From IMG/VR virus record IMGVR_UViG_3300045988_094110: a DNA stretch of 35,590 nt, one strand, 5' to 3'. Of this stretch, positions 1 through 8,346 are shown piece after piece. Source of the DNA: a virus. A model generated the notes under the pieces. The model had not been told where the DNA came from, ran no database searches, and saw only the letters and a program-made list of their open reading frames with translations. Each line of letters starts with the position of its first letter. Position 1 is the first letter of the stretch. The position numbers and the translations under genes were made by a program.

Positions 1-26
1 CCCTGCGGGGCCACCTTCAGTCTACG
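1..26. repeat. Terminal direct repeat copy 1, identical to 35565-35590; circular-assembly overlap
   Basis: ccctgcggggccaccttcagtctacg is present at both extreme ends (26/26). Gene order is continuous across the junction: the tail-completion gene at 35197-35532 is followed by the major tail gene at 119. Confidence 0.9.
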
Positions 27-118
27 CGCTAAGAGCCGCCTTCGGCGGTTGCGCTACGACACGCGCCTGCGGGCGCAGCCCCACGGGGGAAGGCTTAAGG
101 AAGAAAGCGAGGTTATAT
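27..118 (+). promoter_or_regulatory. Structured late-gene leader, copy B, 3' part (starts at 35529 and crosses the circular junction); ends in the major-tail RBS
   Basis: It shares gggggaaggctt(a/g)ag(ga/a)gaaag(c/a)gaggt with 33361-33388 upstream of the capsid gene. It carries a ~57-nt insertion containing hairpins CCGCC-ttc-GGCGG and GCGCC-tgcg-GGCGC. Confidence 0.5.
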
Positions 119-676
119 ATGGCAGATGCAAATCTGGTAACGGTCAGCAAGCCGAAGGTAGGCGGCGCGGTATGGCGCGCGCCGCTCGGGACGACGCTGC
201 CCACCGACGCCACGACGGCGCTGGGCGAGGCGTTCAAGTCGCTGGGCTACATCAGCGAGGACGGTATGACGAATGCCAACTCCCCCAAGAGCGACAGCAT
301 CAAGGCGTGGGGCGGTGACACCGTGCACACCTACCAGACCGAGAAGCCGGACACCTTCCAGTTCCAGCTGATCGAGGCGCTGAACGCGGAGGCGTTGAAG
401 GCCGTTTACCGCGACGACAACGTGACCGGCGATCTAGAGACCGGCCTGACGGTGAAGGCCAACGCCAAGGAGCAGCAGGATGCCTGTTGGGTGGTTGAGA
501 CCATCCTGAACGGTGATACCGTGAAGCGCGTCGTTGTCCCCTGCGCCAAGATCACCGAGATCGAGGACATCGTCTACAAGGACGATGAGGCGCTGGGCTA
601 CGGCGTGACGATCTCGGCCACGCCGGACAGTGCGGGCAACACCCACTATGAGTACCTGAAGAAAGGTAGCGCATGA
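119..676 (+). CDS. Major tail (tube) protein, phi13/TP901-1-like
   Basis: 185-aa ORF with a GAGG RBS 6 nt upstream. It sits immediately before the G/G-T chaperone pair and the tape measure. The sequence style matches siphovirus major tail proteins. Confidence 0.8.
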   Translation: MADANLVTVSKPKVGGAVWRAPLGTTLPTDATTALGEAFKSLGYISEDGMTNANSPKSDSIKAWGGDTVHTYQTEKPDTFQFQLIEALNAEALKAVYRDDNVTGDLETGLTVKANAKEQQDACWVVETILNGDTVKRVVVPCAKITEIEDIVYKDDEALGYGVTISATPDSAGNTHYEYLKKGSA

Positions 677-939
677 TGTTCACGGGGAAAACAAAGAGCG
701 GGTTTGCGTACTGCATCCCGGAGAAGCGCATCCAGAACATGGAGCTGCTGGATGCGCTGACCGAGCTGGAGACGAACGGCGCGGCGCTGCCCAAGGTGGT
801 GAACCTGCTGCTTGACGCGGATGCTAAGCAGAAGCTGTACGATCACGTGCGCGACGAGGACGGCACGGTGCCGGTGAAGGCCGTTTCGACGGAAATCTAC
901 GACATCTTCGAGAACGGCAGGCAGGCAAAAAACTCCTGA
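673..939 (+). CDS. Tail assembly chaperone (gpG-like)
   Basis: 88-aa ORF with ATGA overlap onto the major tail gene. It lies just before the tape measure and ends with a slippery heptamer. Confidence 0.75.
   Translation: MMFTGKTKSGFAYCIPEKRIQNMELLDALTELETNGAALPKVVNLLLDADAKQKLYDHVRDEDGTVPVKAVSTEIYDIFENGRQAKNS
927..933 (+). promoter_or_regulatory. Programmed -1 ribosomal frameshift site A_AAA_AAC
   Basis: In the 673 frame the codons are GCA AAA AAC TCC TGA. The -1 frame reads AAA AAA CTC CTG ACC CTC GCC TGC ATG and continues without a stop into the 951-1313 ORF. Confidence 0.75.
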
Positions 940-950
940 CCCTCGCCTGC

Positions 951-1313
951 ATGGCCGCGCGGTTCCCGGATGAGCTGACCTGCGACATGGCCGAGACCTA
1001 CCATGTACTGGACTGGCGGGCGCTGGGTCTGCCGTTGGCGGCCACGCTGGCCGCAGGCTTGCGGGAAAACAGCCGCACCCGGATGGCGCTTGCCGGGAGC
1101 GTGTCCACAGTGGACACGCTGCTGCTGGGCGCTGCGGTGGATGCGCTGCACCTGCTGGTCTGGGCCAAGACGAAGGATGGACAGAAGGGCCGCAGCCGCC
1201 CGGAGCCGGTGGTGAACCGTTTGCTGGGCGTGCCCAGCCAGCGGCAGGCCACCGGCTTTTCCTGTGCGGCGGAGTTTGAGGCGGCGCGGGCGAGGATATT
1301 GGGAGAGGGGTGA
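951..1313 (+). CDS. Tail assembly chaperone extension (gpT-like / Gp15-like), probably made as the G-T fusion join(673..933,933..1313)
   Basis: The ORF is in the -1 frame relative to 673-939 and is open from the slippery site. This is the conserved position upstream of the tape measure. Confidence 0.7.
   Translation: MAARFPDELTCDMAETYHVLDWRALGLPLAATLAAGLRENSRTRMALAGSVSTVDTLLLGAAVDALHLLVWAKTKDGQKGRSRPEPVVNRLLGVPSQRQATGFSCAAEFEAARARILGEG
1101..1117. repeat. 17-bp palindrome family copy 1: GTGTCCA-cag-TGGACAC (perfect; extended to agcGTGTCCAcagTGGACACgct)
   Basis: Read directly from the sequence. It lies inside the gpT-like CDS in phase GTG TCC ACA GTG GAC ACG (V-S-T-V-D-T). Confidence 0.9.
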
Positions 1314-3502
1314 ATGAAATGGCGAAGCAATCGCTGGCGAGTGCTTATGTGCAGATCATACCGTCGGCGGACGGCATCAGCGGCAAGCTGGCCGAGGTCA
1401 TGGGCGGCGAGGCGGCGTCTGCCGGTAAGATCAGCGGCAAGAGCCTGGGCTCGGCGCTGGTGGGCAACCTGACAAAGGTCGTGGTGGCGGCGGGCATCGG
1501 CAAGATGCTGCAGAGCGCCTTTACCGGCGGCACTGCGTTTGAGAGTGCCATGGCTAAGGTCGGCACGATTGCCGACACGGCCAAGGTGCCGCTGGAGAGC
1601 CTGAGCAGTCAGGTGTTGCAGGTGTCCGGTGACATGCACATCGGCGCGAATGAGATCGCCGAGGCGGCCTATCAGACCATCAGCGCCGGACAGGACACCG
1701 GCAACGCCGTGGCCTTTGCCGGGCAGGCGTCCATGCTGGCAACGGCAGGCTTTACGTCCAGCGCCTCGGCGGTGGACATCCTGACGACGGCACTGAATGC
1801 TTACGGCAAGGGCGCGGACGAGGCGGGGCACGTTTCGGACGTGCTGCTGACGACGCAGAACCTGGGCAAAACCAGCGTTGACGAGCTGGCGGGCAGCATG
1901 GGCCGGGTCATACCGCTGGCAGCTGCTTACAACGTGAGTCTGGAGAACCTGTCCAGCGGGTTGGCCATCATGACGGCAAACGGTATTGCCACGGCGGAGG
2001 CATCGACCTATACAAAGTCGATGCTGAACGAGCTGGGCGACACCGGCTCGACGGTGGGCAAAATCTTGAAGCAGCAGACCGGCAAGAGCTTTGCCGAGCT
2101 GAACGCCGACGGTAAGAGCCTGGGCGATGTGCTGCAGGTGCTGTACGACAGCGTGGGCGGCAACGCCACGAAGTTTGCGGGACTGTGGAGCAGCGTAGAG
2201 GCCGGTACGGGCGCATTGTCGCTGGCAAGTTCCGGCGCGGACAAGTTCAACGGTGTGCTGCAGCAGATGCAGGCCGACAGCGGCGCGACACAGACGGCCT
2301 ATGACACGATGACCGACACGATGGCCTACAAGCTGGACGGCGTGAAGACCAACGCCCAGAACCTGGGCACGGCGCTGTTTGATGCCGTGAGCGGGCGGCT
2401 GGGCGAGGGCGTGGCGCTGGCGGGCGGCTATCTGCAGACACTGTCCGAGAGCGTGCAGCAGAACGGCATTGCGGGGCTGGCGCAGGGTCTGGCGGCGGTA
2501 TTTACCGACCTGACAACCAACATCGGGCCGCAGCTTTTGCAGACCGGCACGGCCCTGCTGGGCAAGCTGGGGGACGGCCTTGTGACCGGCATCCCCCAGC
2601 TTTTGGCGCAGGCCCTGCCGGTTGTGGCGAACCTTGCCAGCGGCTTGCGCGAGAATGCCGGGCAGCTGGTGGATGCGGGCATCCAGTTCATTTTGAATCT
2701 GGCAACCGGGCTGATGAACGGACTGCCGACGATGATCACGTATCTGCCGGGCATTGTGTCGGACATTGCGGGCATCATCAACGACAACGCACCGAAGCTG
2801 CTGGTGGCGGGCGTGCAGCTGATCGTTACGCTGGGGCAGGGGCTTATCCAAGCGATACCGGCATTGGTGGCGAATCTGCCGCAGATCATACAGGCGGTTG
2901 TGGATGTGTGGACTGCCTTCAACTGGCTGGATCTGGGCGGCAAGGTCATTAAGCTGATGGGCAGCGGCATCAAGAATATGGCAGGCTTTGTCAGCAGCAG
3001 CGTGAAGGGAATGATGGAGCAGCCCATCGCCTATCTGAAGAGCCTGCCGGAAAAGTTCTGCCAATGGGGCAAGGATATGATCCAGGGCATGATCCGCGGC
3101 ATCACGAGCATGATCGACGGTGTTGTTGGCTCTGTAAAGAATGTGGCGTCTGCGATTGCTTCGGTCATCCACTTCTCCCGCCCGGACATCGGGCCGCTGC
3201 GCAGCTATGAGCAGTGGATGCCCGATTTTATGAGCGGGCTGGCAAAGGGCATCCGGGACAACCTGTGGATGGTCGAGGATGCCGCCGATGCGCTGGCGCT
3301 GACAACGGCCCAGCCCATGCAGCTGCAGGTGGCGGGCGTGCTGCGCGGCAACCAGCAGACGGTGGCAGCCAGCTGGCAGCCGCAGCCCGGCGTTGCCTAC
3401 CAGCAGACGAATAATTTCTACACCCACGACAGCCTGTCGGAATCCGAGCTCACCCGCGAGGCGGAGGACATGATGAACCGGCTGCGGTGGGGAATCCCAT
3501 AA
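1310..3502 (+). CDS. Tail tape measure protein
   Basis: 730-aa Gly/Ala/Leu-rich ORF after the chaperones, resembling a TP901-type tape-measure core. GTG 1310 overlaps the upstream stop. In-frame ATG 1319 with RBS GGGAGAGGGG is the more likely start. Confidence 0.85.
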   Translation: MNEMAKQSLASAYVQIIPSADGISGKLAEVMGGEAASAGKISGKSLGSALVGNLTKVVVAAGIGKMLQSAFTGGTAFESAMAKVGTIADTAKVPLESLSSQVLQVSGDMHIGANEIAEAAYQTISAGQDTGNAVAFAGQASMLATAGFTSSASAVDILTTALNAYGKGADEAGHVSDVLLTTQNLGKTSVDELAGSMGRVIPLAAAYNVSLENLSSGLAIMTANGIATAEASTYTKSMLNELGDTGSTVGKILKQQTGKSFAELNADGKSLGDVLQVLYDSVGGNATKFAGLWSSVEAGTGALSLASSGADKFNGVLQQMQADSGATQTAYDTMTDTMAYKLDGVKTNAQNLGTALFDAVSGRLGEGVALAGGYLQTLSESVQQNGIAGLAQGLAAVFTDLTTNIGPQLLQTGTALLGKLGDGLVTGIPQLLAQALPVVANLASGLRENAGQLVDAGIQFILNLATGLMNGLPTMITYLPGIVSDIAGIINDNAPKLLVAGVQLIVTLGQGLIQAIPALVANLPQIIQAVVDVWTAFNWLDLGGKVIKLMGSGIKNMAGFVSSSVKGMMEQPIAYLKSLPEKFCQWGKDMIQGMIRGITSMIDGVVGSVKNVASAIASVIHFSRPDIGPLRSYEQWMPDFMSGLAKGIRDNLWMVEDAADALALTTAQPMQLQVAGVLRGNQQTVAASWQPQPGVAYQQTNNFYTHDSLSESELTREAEDMMNRLRWGIP

Positions 3503-3517
3503 AGGAGGCGGTGCAGC

Positions 3518-4390
3518 ATGGCGCGGACCGTGCCGGTATATACCTATCAGGCCGCGGATGGCCGAAGCCTGCGGTTTGCCGCGGACAGCGATTTCTGGAT
3601 CACCGATATGAGCGGCGACGACGGGCTGGACATCGAGACAAAAACGAGCCAGTCCTACGGGCAGACCGGCAAGACGATCACAAATCAGTCCGTCGGTGAG
3701 CGCAGCGTGACCGTGACGGGGGCTATCCTGCGGGACCTGGACGCCAACGAGGCGCTGCTGAAAAAGCTGGTGCGGCCCCTGACGGCGGGACGCTGGTGCA
3801 AGACGGTGGGAAGCACGGTTTGGTACCTGGACGTTGTGCCCGCGCAGACGCCTGTTGTGAGCGGCGGGGCCAACCTGCTGAACTTTCAGTTCAAATTGAA
3901 AGCGGCATTCCCCTACTGGCGCACCGAGGATACGGCCCGGATGCTGCTGGGCGGCATGGAGCCTACCTGGTTCCCGACGCCTGTCTCGACAGCGGGGAAC
4001 TTCGCGATCAGCCGGTACAAGCACAATATGTACACGAATTTTGTCAACGACGGCAACGCCGAGACGGCCTTTACGCTGTATTTGCAGGCGGCGGCCAAGG
4101 TGAAGAACCCGATGCTGTGGAATAACGGCACGCGGACCTTCATCCGGCTGAATACCACGATGCAGGCGCATGAGCGCGCGGTCATCTGCACAGCGGACGG
4201 AAACCGCGGCTGCCGGTACTACACGGCAGACGGCGCGGAGGACAACGGATTCCGGCTGCTGGACATTGACAGCGATCTGTGGATGATGCTGACACCCGGT
4301 GACAATGTGCTGCGGATGACGGCGGACGAGGGTAACGAGAACCTGACGGCCATCGTCACGGCCCCGAAGGGGGTGGCGAGCGGTGTATGA
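3518..4390 (+). CDS. Distal tail protein (Dit / siphovirus tail family)
   Basis: 290-aa ORF directly after the tape measure, with RBS AAGGAGG upstream. Confidence 0.65.
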   Translation: MARTVPVYTYQAADGRSLRFAADSDFWITDMSGDDGLDIETKTSQSYGQTGKTITNQSVGERSVTVTGAILRDLDANEALLKKLVRPLTAGRWCKTVGSTVWYLDVVPAQTPVVSGGANLLNFQFKLKAAFPYWRTEDTARMLLGGMEPTWFPTPVSTAGNFAISRYKHNMYTNFVNDGNAETAFTLYLQAAAKVKNPMLWNNGTRTFIRLNTTMQAHERAVICTADGNRGCRYYTADGAEDNGFRLLDIDSDLWMMLTPGDNVLRMTADEGNENLTAIVTAPKGVASGV

Positions 4391-5465
4391 CATCCTGCGC
4401 CTGTACGTGTATCACGATGGAGTGCGTGTGGGCATGGCGGAGAGCGCGGACAGCCTGCAATGGATGCCCGCGTTTGACGATTTGGGCGAGTTCAAGCTGG
4501 TCTGCGCGGCGACAGAGACGAACCGCGCGCTGCTGGTGCTGGACGCGGTGCTGTACAACCCGGATACCCCCGGTCTGGCCGCGGTGGTGCTGGCGGTAGA
4601 GGCCGATGGAGACAACCACCGGATGACGGTGCGCGGGAAGTTCAGCCTGTGCCTGTTCAAGAGGCGGACCGCCCGCGGGAGCCGCACCATCACGGACGGC
4701 GCGGCGGGCCTGCTGGAGGTCTGCCGTACCAATCTGCGCGGGCTGGGCGTGGCCGTGCCGCCCGCTGCCGGGTTTACGGCCCCCTGCGAGGAGACGGTAG
4801 CCTGGGCGGACTGTGCCAGCGCTGCCGTGCAGCTGATGCAGGCGGGCGGCTTTGGGGGCCGGGTGCGCTTTGACCCTGCCACCGCCGCCCAGACGCTGGA
4901 GCTGTTGCAGGGCAAAGACAGAAGCGTGCCGGGCACGGCGCTGTACAACGGTTATTTTTCCACCCGGATGCAGAATCTATCCGGCGCGGTGTACACGCAG
5001 GACGCGAGCGATTACGCCAACGTTGTGCTGTGCGGCGGCGAGGAGCCCGGCGAGAACGACAGCTTTACCCGGTATTTCTGCGAGCTGGGCGACATGACGG
5101 CCAGCGGCAATGCCCGGCGGGAGCTATGGGTAGACGGGAGCAGCGTGCGGCATAAATACACTGCGCAGAACGCCGACGGCACGACAAGCGACGCCGAATA
5201 CAGCGAGGCGGAGTATCAGGCTGCCGTGCAGAACTACGCGCGCGCGGCGCTGAAGAACCATATGAGCACGCGGCAGCTGAAATGCACCGCGGCCAACACA
5301 AACCTGATCTACGGCACGGACTACGAGCTGGGCGATCTGGTGCCGGTGCGGGTGGAGGAGCTGGGGCTGAACGCTGTGGCGCGGGTGGCGAGCATCCGCC
5401 TGATCTATGAGAGCACCGGCGGCAGTCTGCAGCCGGTGCTGGACCATTTCACATTTAAGGAGTGA
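4383..5465 (+). CDS. Tail-associated / baseplate hub protein (Tal-like, Siphovirus Gp37-like)
   Basis: 360-aa ORF whose GTG start overlaps the Dit stop. It occupies the position after Dit. Confidence 0.5.
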   Translation: MYDILRLYVYHDGVRVGMAESADSLQWMPAFDDLGEFKLVCAATETNRALLVLDAVLYNPDTPGLAAVVLAVEADGDNHRMTVRGKFSLCLFKRRTARGSRTITDGAAGLLEVCRTNLRGLGVAVPPAAGFTAPCEETVAWADCASAAVQLMQAGGFGGRVRFDPATAAQTLELLQGKDRSVPGTALYNGYFSTRMQNLSGAVYTQDASDYANVVLCGGEEPGENDSFTRYFCELGDMTASGNARRELWVDGSSVRHKYTAQNADGTTSDAEYSEAEYQAAVQNYARAALKNHMSTRQLKCTAANTNLIYGTDYELGDLVPVRVEELGLNAVARVASIRLIYESTGGSLQPVLDHFTFKE

Positions 5466-5470
5466 GCCAA

Positions 5471-6745
5471 ATGACAGAGCTTACCTGCTGGCCGCTGGAC
5501 AATAAAGAGTATACCGCCGAGGCGCTGGGCGCGGCTTACGCTGCGCGCAGCCGCGGTATACTGCACGCGGCGGATTTTACCGCCACGGCTAACGGCGACA
5601 ACACACTGACCATCGGCCCCGGTGTGGGGTGCATCCACCCCGGGGCATACTGGGCGGCGTTCCCTTACCTGCTGGCCAATACCCAGCTGACCTTTACGGA
5701 CGCGGACGGCACAAACCCGCGTTGGGATGCCGTTGCCCTGACCTACGACAAGAACACCAACACGGCAGGGCTGGAGGTGCGCACGGGCACGGCCTCGGCC
5801 TCCCCTGCCCTGCCGGAGTTGCGCCGGGATGACGACTACGATGAAATCTTCCTGTACCGCATCACCCGCCCGCGTGGCGCGACGAAGATCAGCGCAGACA
5901 ACATTGTGGACCTGCGGCTGGACAGCACCTGCTGCGGGCTGATGCGCGATACGATGGACAGCGTGGACACCGGCGTGATGAACGCCGCGTTCACGGCGTT
6001 TTTGCAGCAGATCGAGGCGGAGCTTGCCCAACTGCACGCGGGCACTGCCGTGATGACCAAGGGCGAGTACGACCCGGCGGGCCTGGGCCTTGATGCGGCG
6101 GTGCAGCGGTACAGCTGCACGAAGTCCGGCAAGGTCTACGCCCTGAAGGGCACCGGTGCGGTGGGACGGTTTAAAGTCCCCGCCGCGTGGAGTGCGGGCG
6201 ACACATGGACGGTAAACGGCAAGACTGTACCGGCCTACTGCGGCGCGGATGCGGCGGACGGTGACAGCGTTGTTGCCGGGCGGTGGGTGCTGTTTACCTT
6301 TGACGGGAGCCGACTGGATTTTAACGGCGGCGGTGGATTATCCAATGCAAAGCTGGCACAGGCCACCGCCACGGAAGCGGATGTGCTGGCGAACTCTGCG
6401 TTTTACGCGAAAGACAAAACGCTGCGCACCGGCAATGTGCCGCGGCGCGGGGACTGGGGCGCGACGATTGCACCGGGTGAGTCGGTGACGGTGCCGGACG
6501 GAAAGCACGACGGCGGCGGTAGAGTGAGCGCAAAGGCGCTGAAAACGGTGACAATCACCATGGCCACAGGCGGGGGTCCCTGGAGCTACACTTTTACGGG
6601 CGGCACGCTAGTCGGCATCCGCGACATCGCGCAAAGTGGGGATAGCTCGGAGATCGGGCTCCTGCGCATCAGCGGGAACACCATCACCATGGAATGGAGC
6701 GGAAACGGCATCGTGAACCGCCATATCACGCTGATTTACTATTAA
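5471..6745 (+). CDS. Tail/baseplate structural protein, function unknown
   Basis: The ORF track gives 5462-6745. ATG 5471 lies 9 nt after RBS AAGGAG (5456-5461). The gene is in the tail module. Confidence 0.55.
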   Translation: MTELTCWPLDNKEYTAEALGAAYAARSRGILHAADFTATANGDNTLTIGPGVGCIHPGAYWAAFPYLLANTQLTFTDADGTNPRWDAVALTYDKNTNTAGLEVRTGTASASPALPELRRDDDYDEIFLYRITRPRGATKISADNIVDLRLDSTCCGLMRDTMDSVDTGVMNAAFTAFLQQIEAELAQLHAGTAVMTKGEYDPAGLGLDAAVQRYSCTKSGKVYALKGTGAVGRFKVPAAWSAGDTWTVNGKTVPAYCGADAADGDSVVAGRWVLFTFDGSRLDFNGGGGLSNAKLAQATATEADVLANSAFYAKDKTLRTGNVPRRGDWGATIAPGESVTVPDGKHDGGGRVSAKALKTVTITMATGGGPWSYTFTGGTLVGIRDIAQSGDSSEIGLLRISGNTITMEWSGNGIVNRHITLIYY

Positions 6746-6755
6746 GGGGGCAGAC

Positions 6756-7994
6756 ATGGCAGATACAATCGTACTTATGAACTACGACGTCCTCGTGAAT
6801 AACAGGATGTCGTACTCCCCCTGCATTGAGCTGGGGACCAAGGACAGCTACGGTCTGGAGCAGATAAAAATCATCCGGGGCGAGGGCTGGACGGAATTGG
6901 AAGTCCTGGCGGTGTTCCATACGCCCGGCGGGGCCGCTATCAAGAAAACTGTTGGCGCGGACGGCGTGCTGGAGGTGCCGCCGGAGGCGACTGCGGGCCT
7001 TGCCGGGCAGGGCAAAATTGTTTTTGTGGGACTGGCCGAGGATAAGCAGCGCATCACGGCTGACCTTGCCTACTCCATCCGGGATCACTCTGGCATTGAC
7101 GGAGACAACCCCGGTACGCCTACGCCGGATGTGGTGCAGCAGATCTTGGAAAACTCCAACAACGCGGTGCGGGTGGCGCAGGCCGCCAAGGATGCCGCGG
7201 AAAACGCGCACCGGGCCGCTGAGGATGCCGCCATCAAGGCCGGCGAGGAGGCGGGCGGTGCAGCTGCCAGCGCGGCGGCGGCCAAGGACAGCGCAGATAC
7301 CGCCAACGCGGCCAAGAATGCTGCTGCGGAGTCTGCGGGCGCGGCGGCAGACTCCGAGGCAAACGCTGAGGCTGCGGCGACTGCTGCCGGAGAGTCGCAG
7401 GCCGCGGCATCGCAGTCTGCGCAGAGTGCAGCGGCCTCAGCTGCGGCTGCCGCTGAGGAGGCCGAGAGCATTGGCGAGGCTGCCGCCAAGGCCACGCAGG
7501 AGGCCGGTGCGGCTGCCGGGTTTGCCGCGGCGGCAAAGGAGAGCGTTGGGGCTGCTGCTGCATCCGCTGCAAAGGCGGGGCAGTCTGCCGGTACGGCCAC
7601 GGAAAAGGCAAGCGCAGCGGAAAACGCGCGGGCTGCGGCAGAGAGCGCCAGCGCCAGCGCATCCGCCAGTGCAAAGCGGGCCGAGGATGCCGCCAAGACC
7701 GCCGGTGATGCCGCAACAAAGGTTATCAACGAGGGCGTGGCCGAGAAGCTGACCGAGATGCAGGGCATCCAGGAGGACGTCAAGACCCGGCAGCAGGATG
7801 TGACCGAGAAGCAGGCCGATGTTTCCGCCAATGTGGAGCTGGCGCGCCAGGCGGCGCTGAGCAACGGCTATATGCAGATGGGCGTTGACCCGGACACGGG
7901 GCATCTGATGTATACGCGCACGACCAACCTGAAGGACAAGCTTGATTTTGCCATTGTTAATGACACGAATTTGGAGGTACAGATCCATGGCTGA
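6756..7994 (+). CDS. Tail fibre / baseplate upper protein-like with a long Ala-rich low-complexity shaft
   Basis: 412-aa ORF. It has a globular N-terminal domain followed by ~170 aa of A/S/E/Q-rich repeats (AAASAAAAKDSADTANAAKNAAAESAGAAADSEANAEAAATAAGES...). Confidence 0.6.
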   Translation: MADTIVLMNYDVLVNNRMSYSPCIELGTKDSYGLEQIKIIRGEGWTELEVLAVFHTPGGAAIKKTVGADGVLEVPPEATAGLAGQGKIVFVGLAEDKQRITADLAYSIRDHSGIDGDNPGTPTPDVVQQILENSNNAVRVAQAAKDAAENAHRAAEDAAIKAGEEAGGAAASAAAAKDSADTANAAKNAAAESAGAAADSEANAEAAATAAGESQAAASQSAQSAAASAAAAAEEAESIGEAAAKATQEAGAAAGFAAAAKESVGAAAASAAKAGQSAGTATEKASAAENARAAAESASASASASAKRAEDAAKTAGDAATKVINEGVAEKLTEMQGIQEDVKTRQQDVTEKQADVSANVELARQAALSNGYMQMGVDPDTGHLMYTRTTNLKDKLDFAIVNDTNLEVQIHG

Positions 7995-8346
7995 TAGTTC
8001 TGTTTTTACCACCGATCTGGGCGCTGTGACCGCCTACGCCGATGCCAAGGCGCACGGCTACACCGGCACGCGTGAGGAGTTCGCCACGCTGCTGGCGAAC
8101 GCGGGCAACAACCTGGCCGAGGCGAACGCGGCCAAGGCTGCCGCGCAGGCCAGCGCTACGCAGGCAGGCCAGAGTGCGAATGCTGCTGCGGCATCTGCTA
8201 AGGCTGCCGCGTCTGCCGTGGGTGCAACGTTCTACGGCGTGGAGTTCACCGGCAGCACGTCGGCGGGGACGCGGACGGGGGCGGGCAAAACGATTTTGAC
8301 GGCGTCTATCCTTGGGCGGGTATGCGGCGCTGCTGCTGCACGCTGA
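7987..8346 (+). CDS. Tail fibre / receptor-binding protein, N-terminal part (frame broken at 8287-8290; continues in the 8322-9518 frame)
   Basis: ATG 7987 overlaps the upstream stop. There is an Ala-rich stretch, then ...GATFYGVEFTGSTSAGTRTGAGK. After the A4 run this frame gives nonsense residues and a stop. Confidence 0.6.
   Translation: MADSSVFTTDLGAVTAYADAKAHGYTGTREEFATLLANAGNNLAEANAAKAAAQASATQAGQSANAAAASAKAAASAVGATFYGVEFTGSTSAGTRTGAGKTILTASILGRVCGAAAAR

Noticed and set aside
1-26. Terminal repeat as a biological DTR or LTR, or as mobile-element ends
   Set aside because: It is only 26 nt long and falls inside an intergenic leader that is continuous across the junction. This is most simply an assembler overlap of a circular or permuted genome.
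998-4393. 1131-aa minus-strand ORF spanning the tape-measure region
   Set aside because: It is antisense to clearly recognisable tail genes. Its composition is Arg/Ala/Gly/Pro-rich, typical of spurious open frames in high-G+C DNA. It has no RBS and no recognisable domains.
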